Source of the DNA: an uncultured Armatimonadia bacterium
GTDB taxonomy: Bacteria > Armatimonadota > Zipacnadia > Zipacnadales > JABUFB01
Reading direction: 5' to 3'
NCBI GenBank assembly: GCA_964639415.1
Contig: CAZXDD010000003.1
Location: forward strand, 1 to 39,795
DNA length: 39,795 nucleotides
Shown one piece after another: positions 17,449 through 26,807 of the stretch. A program made the position numbers and the translations under genes. The first letter of the stretch is position 1, and every line of letters begins with the position of its first letter. The notes beneath the pieces are model-generated. The model worked only from the letters and a program-made list of their open reading frames with translations, was not told where the DNA came from and did not search any database.

Positions 17449-18984
17449 ATGACCAGAGCGCTGTGTGAGCTGTTTCCGATCTCCGTGGTGCTGCTGGCGC
17501 TACCGGCGGCGAGCCCGGCGGCCCCGCAAGCGTGGTTTGTGGATAGCACCACAAAGGTCTTCAGGGACGACGCACCGGGTGATGTGAGGGCGGCGCGCCT
17601 CACGGCGGCCGGCAACGAGACGGAAGCGGTGCAGCTCGTCATCCGCGCCGGGCAAGATGGTCTTGAGGGGGTCGATGTACGGGTCGGCGACCTTGTGAGC
17701 GCGGAGGGCGCGCGACTACAGGGCGCTGCGGTGGAGGTCTTCCGGGTGGCCTATGTCTACCTGCCGGCCCACGACCGTGAGTATCCGGACCCGCTGCCGC
17801 CCTGGACACCCTGCAGCATTCCGCCAGGGCAAAACCAGCCGGCCTGGCTGGATATCCACGTACCGGCCGAGGCGGCTGCAGGCGTCTACCGTGGCACGGT
17901 CACGGTGACGGCTACCGGCACCGCACCGCTGGAACTGCCGCTGCAGCTCACGGTCTGGGACTTCTCTCTGCCGGAAACGCCCCGGTCGCGCTGCGCCTTC
18001 GGCATCCACACACAGGGAATCGAGGCGCAGCACCAGGTGACCGCCGGCAGCGCGGCCTATGATGCCCTGCTGGCCCGGTACTGCGACATGCTCCTGGACC
18101 ACGGGGCCACGCCCCGCGACCTGTACTTCGGGCTCGAGTCCGAGAGGACCGCCGAGTACCTCAACGATCCGCGGTTCAATGCTTTCGCCATCCCCTACAC
18201 GGAGGACACCGCCGAGCTCAAGCGTCGAGTGGAGTACCTCCGGGGCCGGGGCTGGGTGGACAAGGGCTACTTCTATGTGGTGGACGAGCCGATCACCCAG
18301 GAGCATTACGACCTCCTGGCCCGGCGCGCGGAGCAGATCCACGAAGTAGGCGCCGACCTGCGCATCGTGGTGCCGTACTTCCGCGAGCCCGCCTTCGAGG
18401 CCAAGGACGGCGCGCACGGGCTCCTGACGGGTCTGTGTGACATCTGGTGCCCGAAGGTGAGCTTCTATGACGAGGCGTTCCTCACGGCCAGGCAGGCTCT
18501 GGGCGAGGAGGTCTGGTGGTACGTGTGCTGGGAGCCCGGGGCGCCCTACGCCAACCTGTACGTGGACATGGCCGGCATAGACCACCGGGCACTGTTCTGG
18601 CAGCAGGCCCACTACAATGTGGAGGGCTTCTTGTACTGGACCAGCAACTACTGGCAGGCCGCGACGGGCACCGCCGATCCGTGGACGGACATGGCCACCG
18701 TCAAGGACCTCAGTGCCACCGTCTACGGCGACGGCTCTGTGCTGTATCCGGGTGCGAAGGTCGGCGTTGACGGGCCGGTGGCCTCCGTGCGCCTGAAGCT
18801 GATCCGCGCGGGCCTTCAGGATGTGGAGTACCTGCGCCTGCTTCAGGACAAGGAGGGCCGCGAGGCGGTGCGCGCCGTGACGGCACAGGTGGTGGAGGGC
18901 CCGGATGCGTACTCCAAAGACACCGCGCGGTATCTCTCGCTGCGCGAGGCCGTGGGCCGCCGGCTCAGTGAGGGCGGGCGCTGA
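17449..18984 (+). CDS. DUF4091-type glycoside hydrolase-like protein
   Basis: Trimmed to ATG 17449 (AAGGAG 7 nt upstream). Signal peptide. FWQQAHYNVEGFLYWTSNYW, DGSVLYPG and SVRLKLIRAGLQDVEYLRLL are typical of this family. Confidence 0.7.
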   Translation: MTRALCELFPISVVLLALPAASPAAPQAWFVDSTTKVFRDDAPGDVRAARLTAAGNETEAVQLVIRAGQDGLEGVDVRVGDLVSAEGARLQGAAVEVFRVAYVYLPAHDREYPDPLPPWTPCSIPPGQNQPAWLDIHVPAEAAAGVYRGTVTVTATGTAPLELPLQLTVWDFSLPETPRSRCAFGIHTQGIEAQHQVTAGSAAYDALLARYCDMLLDHGATPRDLYFGLESERTAEYLNDPRFNAFAIPYTEDTAELKRRVEYLRGRGWVDKGYFYVVDEPITQEHYDLLARRAEQIHEVGADLRIVVPYFREPAFEAKDGAHGLLTGLCDIWCPKVSFYDEAFLTARQALGEEVWWYVCWEPGAPYANLYVDMAGIDHRALFWQQAHYNVEGFLYWTSNYWQAATGTADPWTDMATVKDLSATVYGDGSVLYPGAKVGVDGPVASVRLKLIRAGLQDVEYLRLLQDKEGREAVRAVTAQVVEGPDAYSKDTARYLSLREAVGRRLSEGGR

Positions 18985-19032
18985 ACCCCTCCTGGGCGAC
19001 ATCGCGTCTTCAGATCCCGGATGAGGAGCCCA

Positions 19033-20100
19033 ATGGAACCCTGTAGACTGGCCGTCATCGGCGCCGGGCTTATCGGGGCCAAACACGCGGCGATGGTGCA
19101 GGCGCACGATCTTTGCCGCCTTGTGGGCGTCTCGGACACCGCCCCGGAGCGGAGGGCCGTGGCGGAGCAGCTCGGCGTCCCCTTCTACCCCTCGGTGGAG
19201 AAGCTGCTGGAGAGCGAGCGCCCCGACGGCGCCATCATCGCCACCCCCAACGCCCGGCACGCCTCGGTGGCCGTGGCCTGCGCCCGGCGAGGCGTCCACG
19301 TACTCGTGGAAAAGCCCATCGCCGACACGCTCCCAAGCGCGCGGTCGATCGTTGACGCGGCCGGTCAAAACGGGATCTCCGTGCTCGTGGGCCACCACCG
19401 CCGCCACAATCCGCTGGTGGCGAAGACACGCGAATTGGTGCGCGGAGGGGCTTTGGGCCGCCTGGTGGGTGTCTCGGCGCTGTGGACGCTGCTGAAGCCC
19501 GATGACTACTTCCGGGTCGCCTGGCGGCGCGAGCATCCCGGCGGTGGTCCGCTGCTCATCAACCTGATCCACGACCTCGATAGTCTCCGCTTCATCTGCG
19601 GTAGCGTGGTCTCGGTGTATGCCCACTGCAACTCCGCGGCGCGGGGCTACGAGGTCGAGGACTCGCTGGCTATCTCGCTGAGCTTCGAAAGCGGCGCTCT
19701 GGGTACGTTCCTGGCATCGGATGCCACGCCGGCGGTGTGGTCGTACGAGGCCACTACCGCCGAGAACCCCTTCTACTATCATGTGCCGGAGAACTGCTAC
19801 CACTTCGTGGGGACCGCCGCCTCTTTGGCATTCCCGCGGATGGAGCTATGGCGCTATGTCCAAGAGCAGGGGCGCGGCTGGGATCACCGGCTCGAGAAAG
19901 AGCGCCTGGAGGTGGCCGGGGCCGACCCTCTGGTCGCGCAACTGGCGCACTTTTGTCGAGTCATCCGCGGACAAGAGGCGCCGGTGATCGGTGCCGAGGA
20001 GGCCGCGCAGTCGTTGGCTCTTGCGCTGGCCGTACGGCAATCGGCGGCCCGGGGCACCGCGGTCTGCCCCGCCGAGCTGATGGCCATGGAGGACGAGTAG
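19033..20100 (+). CDS. Gfo/Idh/MocA family oxidoreductase
   Basis: RLAVIGAGLIGAKHA Rossmann motif and the VLVEKPIA (EKP) motif. ATG 19033 is preferred over 19021 because of GAGGAG spacing. Confidence 0.85.
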   Translation: MEPCRLAVIGAGLIGAKHAAMVQAHDLCRLVGVSDTAPERRAVAEQLGVPFYPSVEKLLESERPDGAIIATPNARHASVAVACARRGVHVLVEKPIADTLPSARSIVDAAGQNGISVLVGHHRRHNPLVAKTRELVRGGALGRLVGVSALWTLLKPDDYFRVAWRREHPGGGPLLINLIHDLDSLRFICGSVVSVYAHCNSAARGYEVEDSLAISLSFESGALGTFLASDATPAVWSYEATTAENPFYYHVPENCYHFVGTAASLAFPRMELWRYVQEQGRGWDHRLEKERLEVAGADPLVAQLAHFCRVIRGQEAPVIGAEEAAQSLALALAVRQSAARGTAVCPAELMAMEDE

Positions 20101-20145
20101 CACCGACCGGCGCCGCGGGCCGGGCTTAGCGCTGCGAGGTGAGCC

Positions 20146-22713
20146 ATGCCGGTACTGAGTGTGAGGAAGGAGACTACACGGGGCGTCGCGCTCCGGCGGC
20201 TCTGGGCGACCTTTCTGTGTTCGGCGGCGGTTGCCGCCTCTGCGTCCCCGGTGGCCTACTGGCCCTTTGACGCGTCCGAGGGGGCGGCGGTGATCGACAG
20301 GATGGGCAACGTCGACGAGGGCCGCCTGTTCGGGGTCACGCGGGGCCCCGGGCGGGTCGGAGATGGGCTCAGGTTCCCGGGCACCGGGGGCGACGGGTAC
20401 GTCCGGGTGCCCGACTGCGAGGCGCTGCAGTTACAGGCGGCCTTCACGATACAGTTTTGGTGGCACAAGACCGGTGAGGCGGTGCAGATCTTCGTGCGCA
20501 AGGGGGAGGGCAGGCAGGCGAACACCTATGCCTATTACGAGGGCGGCCTGCATCTTGTGGTGAGCGCCACGGACGGCCAGGACTATCGGGCGACCGGACC
20601 GCCCCTGCCGGACGGGTGGCACCATCTGGCCTTCACGTGCGATGACCGGAGGCTTTGCATCATCGCGGACGGGGCGATCGTGGGAACCGGAGAGGCGCCG
20701 GGGGTGCGGCTGTTCACCGATGAATCCGACCTGCTCATCGGCACGTACGCCCCCGGGTACAAGCATTGCCTCGGCGGCGTGCTGGATGAGCTGTGCGTGT
20801 CGGACACCGCGCTGCCTGCGGACAGGTTGGAGGACGAGATGAAGATCGCGCAGGCCGTGGAGCCGCCTGCGGCGCAGGGGCCTCCCCCTGTCTTCGAGCC
20901 CACCGCCGGCGGGATCGTGTTGGCCAGGGACGGCCGCCCCGGAGCAAGCATCGTCGTCGCCCGCGAGGCCTCCGAGTTGCAGATGGCCCCGGCCAGGGAG
21001 CTGCAGCGGGTGATCCGGAAGCTGACCGGCGCCCGGCTGCCGATCCGCAGGGACGACGAGCGGGTCGCGGGCAGTGTTGTCCTGGTGGGCGAGAGTGTGC
21101 GGACAAGACAGATGGGCCTATCGGGCGGCGGCCTGGGCGGAGATGCCTTCACCATCAAGTCCGGGCCCGGCTACCTGGTGCTCCTGGGCCACGATGCGAG
21201 CATGGATGGCAATGCCGCCGGCGGGCCTATTCCGGGACGCTGCAAGACCGGTACATCCCACGCGGTCCACGCCTTCTTGCACGATGTCTGCGGGGTGCGC
21301 TGGTTCATGCCCGGCAAGCTGGGGGAGATCGTCGCGCACAGCCCCTCCTTGGAGGTGCCGGCGCTGGAGCATACCGAGCAACCGGCGCGGCTGTATGTGC
21401 TGGGGTCGTTCCGGTCCGCCGATGGCGCCAGGTGGGCGCAGCGCCAGCTCTTTGGCAGCTCGGTCTTCATCAAGCACTCCGGTGGGCACCTGTGGTATTC
21501 GATGATCCCCGAGAAGGAGCATTTCGCCGAGCATCCCGAGTGGTTTGCCCTCATCGACGGTAGGCGCACAGGGGAGGGCAACCATCTTTGCGTGACCAAT
21601 GAGGAGATGTTCGCCGCGGCTGCCGCGTACCTCAACAGCCTCTTCTCCGAGGGCTATGAGTGGGTGGAGCTGGGCCAGAGCGACGGCTGGCGCCGCTGCC
21701 GGTGCGAGCGGTGCGAGGCCGCGGACGACTATCGCTCCGACGGCTGGTGGATACCGGGCCGCCCGGCCGACAGGGTCTTCTCGTTCCACGCCGCCCTGGC
21801 CGAGGAGGCCCTCAAGGCCCACCCGGAGGGGAAGGTGCTTGTGATCGCCTACGGCCCCACCGGCGAGGTGCCCGGGCGTCTGGAGCGGCTGCCCGCCAAC
21901 GTCGTCGTCGAGTTCACTCACGACCCGCCGGAGCTTCTGGAGCGCTGGAACCGCTTCCACCACAGCTTCACCTCGTACGTGTACTGGTTCGGGCTGTACC
22001 ACAGGATGGGCTACGGGCCCAAGAGCTCCCCGGCCCACGTGGCGGCGGAGCTGCGCCGCCATCGCGCCGCCGGCTCGCAGGCCTTCTTCCTCTGCGGCGG
22101 AGATGAGTGCTGGGGCACGGAAGCCCCCACCTACTACGTCATGGCCCAACTGCTGCGAAACCCCTCGCTGGACGAGGCCACCCTCCTGCGCGAGTTCTGC
22201 GACGGCCTGTTCGGAGAGGCCGGGGAGACCATGCGGGAATACTTCACCGGCTTCCTGCAGGCCGCCGATGACTACCGGGCCCTCACCGGCGCCGAGGAAA
22301 AGACCGGGGAGCCCTACCGCGCCCCGGACCGCTCGCCGGAGGAGGTCTACCTCCACTGCTTCTCGCAAGCACGTCTGCTGAGCTGCGCGGAGCTGCTGGA
22401 GCGGGCGCAGGCCGAGGTCACCACGGACGACGAGCGGCGGCGTCTGCAGTTGTTCCAGGACGGGTTCGACTACATCCGCCTGACCGCGGAGGCCTTCGCC
22501 GCGGCGCAGCGGCAGGCCGAGGACGACGACGAGGCGAGCCGGACGGCCCTGACCGAATGCCTGCGACGGCGGGCCGAGCTGGTGGAGGCGTTGGTCGCTC
22601 GTCAACAGGCGAGCGGCGCGGACCTGCCGCCGGCGTTCCGGGCCGGGGCCGAGGACCTGCTCCTGGGGCCGGGCAAAGCGTACGCCGGGGTGTTGGCCAC
22701 GGAACCGCAGTGA
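20146..22713 (+). CDS. LamG-like + DUF4838-type glycan-active protein
   Basis: 855 aa. The N-terminus is LamG/concanavalin-like (YWPFDASEG...GLRFPGTGGDGYVRVPD...FTIQFWW). The central GTSHAVHAFLHDVCGVRWFMPGKLGE is typical of DUF4838. Confidence 0.7.
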   Translation: MPVLSVRKETTRGVALRRLWATFLCSAAVAASASPVAYWPFDASEGAAVIDRMGNVDEGRLFGVTRGPGRVGDGLRFPGTGGDGYVRVPDCEALQLQAAFTIQFWWHKTGEAVQIFVRKGEGRQANTYAYYEGGLHLVVSATDGQDYRATGPPLPDGWHHLAFTCDDRRLCIIADGAIVGTGEAPGVRLFTDESDLLIGTYAPGYKHCLGGVLDELCVSDTALPADRLEDEMKIAQAVEPPAAQGPPPVFEPTAGGIVLARDGRPGASIVVAREASELQMAPARELQRVIRKLTGARLPIRRDDERVAGSVVLVGESVRTRQMGLSGGGLGGDAFTIKSGPGYLVLLGHDASMDGNAAGGPIPGRCKTGTSHAVHAFLHDVCGVRWFMPGKLGEIVAHSPSLEVPALEHTEQPARLYVLGSFRSADGARWAQRQLFGSSVFIKHSGGHLWYSMIPEKEHFAEHPEWFALIDGRRTGEGNHLCVTNEEMFAAAAAYLNSLFSEGYEWVELGQSDGWRRCRCERCEAADDYRSDGWWIPGRPADRVFSFHAALAEEALKAHPEGKVLVIAYGPTGEVPGRLERLPANVVVEFTHDPPELLERWNRFHHSFTSYVYWFGLYHRMGYGPKSSPAHVAAELRRHRAAGSQAFFLCGGDECWGTEAPTYYVMAQLLRNPSLDEATLLREFCDGLFGEAGETMREYFTGFLQAADDYRALTGAEEKTGEPYRAPDRSPEEVYLHCFSQARLLSCAELLERAQAEVTTDDERRRLQLFQDGFDYIRLTAEAFAAAQRQAEDDDEASRTALTECLRRRAELVEALVARQQASGADLPPAFRAGAEDLLLGPGKAYAGVLATEPQ

Positions 22714-22926
22714 CGGGGCACCCGGCGCAGCATGGCCGCTGATCTTGCCACCTCGCACGCCAAGTGGGCAGGGGTGGCGGCTGCATTGTTTGGCTGTGGG
22801 TAGGAGGTATTGGCACCGCAAAGGTTGAATGGGCGCGTGGGGAGCGCAAGAGGAGCGGTCCTACGAGACGCTCCGCAGGCATCAGCCCGGCTCGGGGAGT
22901 TATCACGTCGAAGGGAGAGTGGCAAC

Positions 22927-23238
22927 ATGGCCGAAGCAGTTCTGTTCATCACCAGCAAGGGGTACGGCAAGGTTGTCGACGCCGCCAAGGAGGCCTTCCC
23001 GCCCAAGGGTCGCGGCGGTAAGGGAGTCAAGGGCTTCAACGTCACGGAGGATACCGGTCCCGTGGTGTGCTGCGAGCACGTCAAGACCGGGAAGGGTGCG
23101 AACGTGCTGATCACCACCGCGCAGGGCATGTGCCTGATGATCGCGGTGGATGATCTGACGCCACGCAGTCGCACCGCCGGCGGCGTGAAGCTCATGAGCG
23201 TGGCCGACGACGACGCCGTAGTCAGCGTGCTGGTATAA
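22927..23238 (+). CDS. Stand-alone GyrA C-terminal-domain-like protein (two beta-pinwheel blades)
   Basis: 103 aa from ATG 22927, with GGGAGAG upstream. There are two tandem ~48-aa units matching the GyrA/ParC CTD blade pattern: LFITSKGYGKVV...KGRGGKGVKGFNVTEDTGPVV and VLITTAQGMCLMIAVDDLTPRSRTAGGVKLMSVADDDAVVSV. Confidence 0.7.
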   Translation: MAEAVLFITSKGYGKVVDAAKEAFPPKGRGGKGVKGFNVTEDTGPVVCCEHVKTGKGANVLITTAQGMCLMIAVDDLTPRSRTAGGVKLMSVADDDAVVSVLV

Positions 23239-23262
23239 GGAGAGTTACCGGACGTCCCCCTG

Positions 23263-23287
23263 GGGGCCTCCCGTGACGGGAGGCCCC
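23263..23287 (+). terminator. Candidate intrinsic terminator hairpin
   Basis: Perfect 11-bp GC-rich stem ggggcctcccg / cgggaggcccc with a 3-nt loop, 25 nt after the stop of the GyrA-CTD-like gene. It is followed by ttggt, so there is no real U-tract. Confidence 0.5.
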
Positions 23288-23366
23288 TTGGTCGACAATT
23301 GCCGGGGGAAAGCCGGGAGCCGGTGGGGATCGGTGGGCTCCCCGCCCGCATGGCGTCCCGCCGACC

Positions 23367-24707
23367 GTGAGGGAGAGCATCGGTGTGAGCGGCGCACCAG
23401 GCAGTATGCTGCACCCCCTGCTGAGCGAGCACGACCCGAAGACGACCTCCGAAGGAACCATTGATCCCCTCGGTCTGTATTCCATCGCCGACAGTCTCGC
23501 CCGGCTGCTCTGCCCCGGGGTACGGGAGCGCCAGTCGCGCCTGCGTCTGCTCACGGCCTATGCCGTATCGCTCCACCTCTGTCCAAAGTTCGATCCGGAG
23601 CAGATAGCCGCCGACGGCGTCACGGAGCCCTGGCTGGTGTTTGAGTGGTACCTGGTGGAGGGGCTGGTGCGGCGGCTGCCGGCAGCCGAGCTGGTCGGCG
23701 TCCCGGGGCGGGACAAGACCGAAGCCGCGGTGCGAGCGCACGCCCACCTCTCTGCGGCCCGCTATCTGAAGGGCCCGGCGAACTTCGGCTTCCACGGTGT
23801 GTACCGGGTGCTGGCCCGGGATCTGGGAGTTGAGGTGGCCGGGCAACTGGGGCACACCGGCTTCGCTCTGCTCTCGGCCTGGGCCGACGATCAGGGCCTC
23901 GAGGGATTCGTGCAGAGCGCTGATGGCGAGGGCCGGCGCCTGCGCTCCCTGCTCACCGATGCCGTCACCGCAGGCCTGCAGGCGGGCGAGGTCGACCGGA
24001 CCCCGGGCTGGCAGGGCTGGGCGCTCCTGGCGGAGCACCTGGCGCCCGGGCGCATTGGCCCCGGCGAGCGCAGTGTCCTGCGCGGAGCTCTCGAGGCCCC
24101 CGAAGCGGGCCACCGGCGGGCCGTCCTGGCCTACCTCATCTCTGACGAGGGCCGGGCACGGTGGCTGCAGGCCGGCTCGGAGCGGGATTTGCACTCCGGC
24201 CTCCGGGAGCGTTCCTCTGCGCCCTTAGGAGCCCTGCTGGATGCCATCTCAGTCTACGAGACCTTCAGCCGTCTGTGCACCGATGCCTTCTTCGCCTGCC
24301 TGCACGAGATGTCTCAGGCCACCGGCCGCGTGCGCCCGGAGCGCCTGGGGGCCTCGCCTCCGGTGGCCGCCGCAGCGCAGCAAGTACCCTCACTTCTCAG
24401 CGAGCTGACACAGCGCCTCTCACCCTACGGTCAGGAGGCAGCGCTGAATGAGCGCTTCTGCGAGCTCTTCCGCCCGTGCGATGCCACGGCCTGGTCGGTC
24501 GCGCTATTGGACCATCACAGGAGGGTGCAGCAGGGGAAACCTCCGGCGGGGAAGGCGCCCTGGTGTGAGCGCTTCGACGACGGCTCGTACATGGTACGCC
24601 CGGCCTACCGTGTCGGCGATACTGCGGGGGGAACCGAGGAATACGTACACGCCTACCGCACCGGACCCCTGTGGCGCTTCGCCCGCGATCTGAGACTGGT
24701 GAGCTGA
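23367..24707 (+). CDS. Hypothetical protein (first gene of PLD/SNF2 operon), no domain recognisable by eye
   Basis: 446-aa ORF with high GC3. Its stop TGA directly abuts the ATG of the next gene (tgaatg at 24705-24710). Start is ambiguous: GTG 23367, GTG 23385 (GGGAG 9 nt upstream) or ATG 23406. Confidence 0.7.
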   Translation: MRESIGVSGAPGSMLHPLLSEHDPKTTSEGTIDPLGLYSIADSLARLLCPGVRERQSRLRLLTAYAVSLHLCPKFDPEQIAADGVTEPWLVFEWYLVEGLVRRLPAAELVGVPGRDKTEAAVRAHAHLSAARYLKGPANFGFHGVYRVLARDLGVEVAGQLGHTGFALLSAWADDQGLEGFVQSADGEGRRLRSLLTDAVTAGLQAGEVDRTPGWQGWALLAEHLAPGRIGPGERSVLRGALEAPEAGHRRAVLAYLISDEGRARWLQAGSERDLHSGLRERSSAPLGALLDAISVYETFSRLCTDAFFACLHEMSQATGRVRPERLGASPPVAAAAQQVPSLLSELTQRLSPYGQEAALNERFCELFRPCDATAWSVALLDHHRRVQQGKPPAGKAPWCERFDDGSYMVRPAYRVGDTAGGTEEYVHAYRTGPLWRFARDLRLVS

Positions 24708-26807
24708 ATGGCGCGCAAGAGCCATGGAGATCCTGTCTATGGGAAGCTGCTGGACGCGTGGGTCGCGCCCCGCGCCGCCGGCCGGCCGGTGGGCTGTATC
24801 GCCACGAGCTACACCTTCTCTCCCGAGCTGTTCGAGGAGGAGTGCCTGAGCCGCTTTTGCCAACTGGAGAGCGACCCGCACCACGACGGCATCGCCTACC
24901 TTCTGGAGCGCGAGGAGAAGATGGCCCAGCTTCAGTGCGCCGCGGCCCTTGTGGATCAGCACCACTGTGTCGGTGCCCGCAATCTGCGCTGGGACATGCT
25001 GTGCATCCGACCTCAGCGGGGCATCCTGCACGCGAAGGTCTCTCTGCTTGTCTGGACCGAGGTGGTGCGCCTCATCGTCTCCTCGGCCAACCTGACCGAG
25101 GACGGCTATCGGCGCAATCGCGAGGTCTTCGGGGTGCTGGACTGGCGGCGGGGCGAGGAGGCGCCGGCTACCTGCCTGGGTGAGTTTCTGGGCTATCTGG
25201 GTGGGATCGTGGCCCTGTGGCGACCCGGCTCCGGCCCGGCCGGCCCGGCCGCCCGCTGCCTGGCCCTGCTTCGGCACACCGAGGAGCTGGTGGGCGGATG
25301 GGAAGCCGAGGCCGGCCGCTCCAGCCGTCGCCCTGTCCAGGTGTTCCCGGTGCTCGTTGAGCCCGGCGGACAGGATGCGCTCAGTCGGCTCGGAGAGCTT
25401 CTTCCCTCAAGCCGCCCGCCCGACGAGGCCCGGGTCTGCAGCCCCTTCTTCGACCCGCCCGGCACAAGCAATGCCCCGACACGGGCGCTCTGGGGCCGAC
25501 TGCGGCTCCGTGGCCGGGCCCATGTGGAGTTCCGCGTCGAGGCCACCGAGGACGGCGGCACGGGAGCCCTCCTGCTTCAGGCCCCCCACAGCCTGCTGAG
25601 CCAACAGCCGCCGGGCCGACCGGTCAGCACCACCGTGACACGCGCCGTGGATGGCCGGCGGCCCGCTCGGGCGGCGGACGACGGTGCCGACGCCGTGGTA
25701 GATGCGCTGCGCCCGCTGCATGCCAAGGCAGTCTGGCTGGCGAACGACGAGGCCGTGGTCTACATGGCGGGTTCCAGCAACTTCACCAGCGCGGGTCTGG
25801 GAATCGGCAGGACGGCGAACCTCGAGGCCAACCTGGCGTACGCCGTGGACGGCCGCCGCCATCCGGAGGCCCGCAGGCATCTGGAGGAGAGCTTCCCTCC
25901 CGGCCGGCCGTTCCCTCGGGACGCCGAACTGCGCTGGCAGGAGGAGGTACAGAGTGAGGAGAGCGCGGAGGCCGAGTGCCTGCCGCTTCCGCCGGCTTTC
26001 GGAGCCGCGATCTACGAGCGTGACGCCTCCGACAGGCCCCAGGTCCGCTTCATCCTCGACGACAGTCCGCCCGCCGGGTTCGCCGTGCTCGGCGAAAGCG
26101 ATGGCTGCCTCTTCCTGTCGCCCGGCGACCTGACCGGCGACGGCCCCCCGTGGGACATCTGCAGAGCCTGGCCCACTGAGCGTCCGCCCACCGGCTTCTG
26201 GGTGATCTGGCAAGAGATCGCGGGAAAGGCCTGGTGGCCGGTGAACGTGGACTGTCCCCGGTGCCTGCCGCCGCCGGAGGAGCTCAACTGCCTGCCCCTG
26301 GAGGTGCTCATCGACATCCTCACCTCCGCACGACCCATGCACAGGGTACTGGCGGGCCACATCGCCCGCAGGCAGGGCTCCGTGACCCACGACGCGCCTG
26401 TCGTCGACCCTCACAAGAAGGTGGACACCGCGCGATTCCTGCTGCAGCGCACGCGTCGCGTGTCGTGGGCTCTCACCGCGCTCCGCGAGCGGCTACAGCA
26501 CCCTGCTCCCACCCGCGAGTGCCTGGACTGGCGGCTGCGCGGCCCTGTCGGGGTGGTCGCCGTCGCCGAGGCTCTCCAGCGCGAGGCGCGGTCCGCGGAT
26601 GAACGCCGCTTCCTGCTGGCCGAGTTGCTGCTGGAGCTGCACCGGACCGTCCCGGAGCAGGCCCCCAGCTGTCTGAGCGCGGAGGAGGTACGCCTGGCGG
26701 TACGGGACCTGCTGGACGAGTTGGCGCGGGAACTGGCAACTGAGCGCCACACCCGCACACCCATCGACCGCTACGTGGCCGACGTCCTGGAGGCCATCGG
26801 AGCATGA
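24708..26807 (+). CDS. PLD-superfamily (double HKD) nuclease-like protein with long C-terminal extension
   Basis: 699 aa. HKD motif 1 is ILHAKVSLLVW...LIVSSANLT (H108/K110). HKD motif 2 is LHAKAVWLANDEAVVYMAGSSNFT (H338/K340). The C-terminal ~320 aa are unassigned. Overlaps the next gene by 4 nt (ATGA). Confidence 0.85.
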   Translation: MARKSHGDPVYGKLLDAWVAPRAAGRPVGCIATSYTFSPELFEEECLSRFCQLESDPHHDGIAYLLEREEKMAQLQCAAALVDQHHCVGARNLRWDMLCIRPQRGILHAKVSLLVWTEVVRLIVSSANLTEDGYRRNREVFGVLDWRRGEEAPATCLGEFLGYLGGIVALWRPGSGPAGPAARCLALLRHTEELVGGWEAEAGRSSRRPVQVFPVLVEPGGQDALSRLGELLPSSRPPDEARVCSPFFDPPGTSNAPTRALWGRLRLRGRAHVEFRVEATEDGGTGALLLQAPHSLLSQQPPGRPVSTTVTRAVDGRRPARAADDGADAVVDALRPLHAKAVWLANDEAVVYMAGSSNFTSAGLGIGRTANLEANLAYAVDGRRHPEARRHLEESFPPGRPFPRDAELRWQEEVQSEESAEAECLPLPPAFGAAIYERDASDRPQVRFILDDSPPAGFAVLGESDGCLFLSPGDLTGDGPPWDICRAWPTERPPTGFWVIWQEIAGKAWWPVNVDCPRCLPPPEELNCLPLEVLIDILTSARPMHRVLAGHIARRQGSVTHDAPVVDPHKKVDTARFLLQRTRRVSWALTALRERLQHPAPTRECLDWRLRGPVGVVAVAEALQREARSADERRFLLAELLLELHRTVPEQAPSCLSAEEVRLAVRDLLDELARELATERHTRTPIDRYVADVLEAIGA

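Noticed and set aside
17716-19803. Very long antisense ORFs: 695 aa here, plus 21118..22821 (567 aa), 12225..13550 (441 aa), 32685..34001 (438 aa), 28445..29695 (416 aa) and 34314..35573 (419 aa).
   Set aside because: They are Arg/Gly/Pro/Ala-rich with no motifs. They lie antisense to ORFs with clear family signatures. This is typical of stop-codon-poor shadow frames in high-GC DNA.
22927-23238. Interpreting the GyrA-CTD-like ORF as a gyrA or parC gene.
   Set aside because: It has only two blades (103 aa). There is no N-terminal breakage-reunion domain and no GyrA-like sequence upstream. It is either a stand-alone mini-protein or a remnant.
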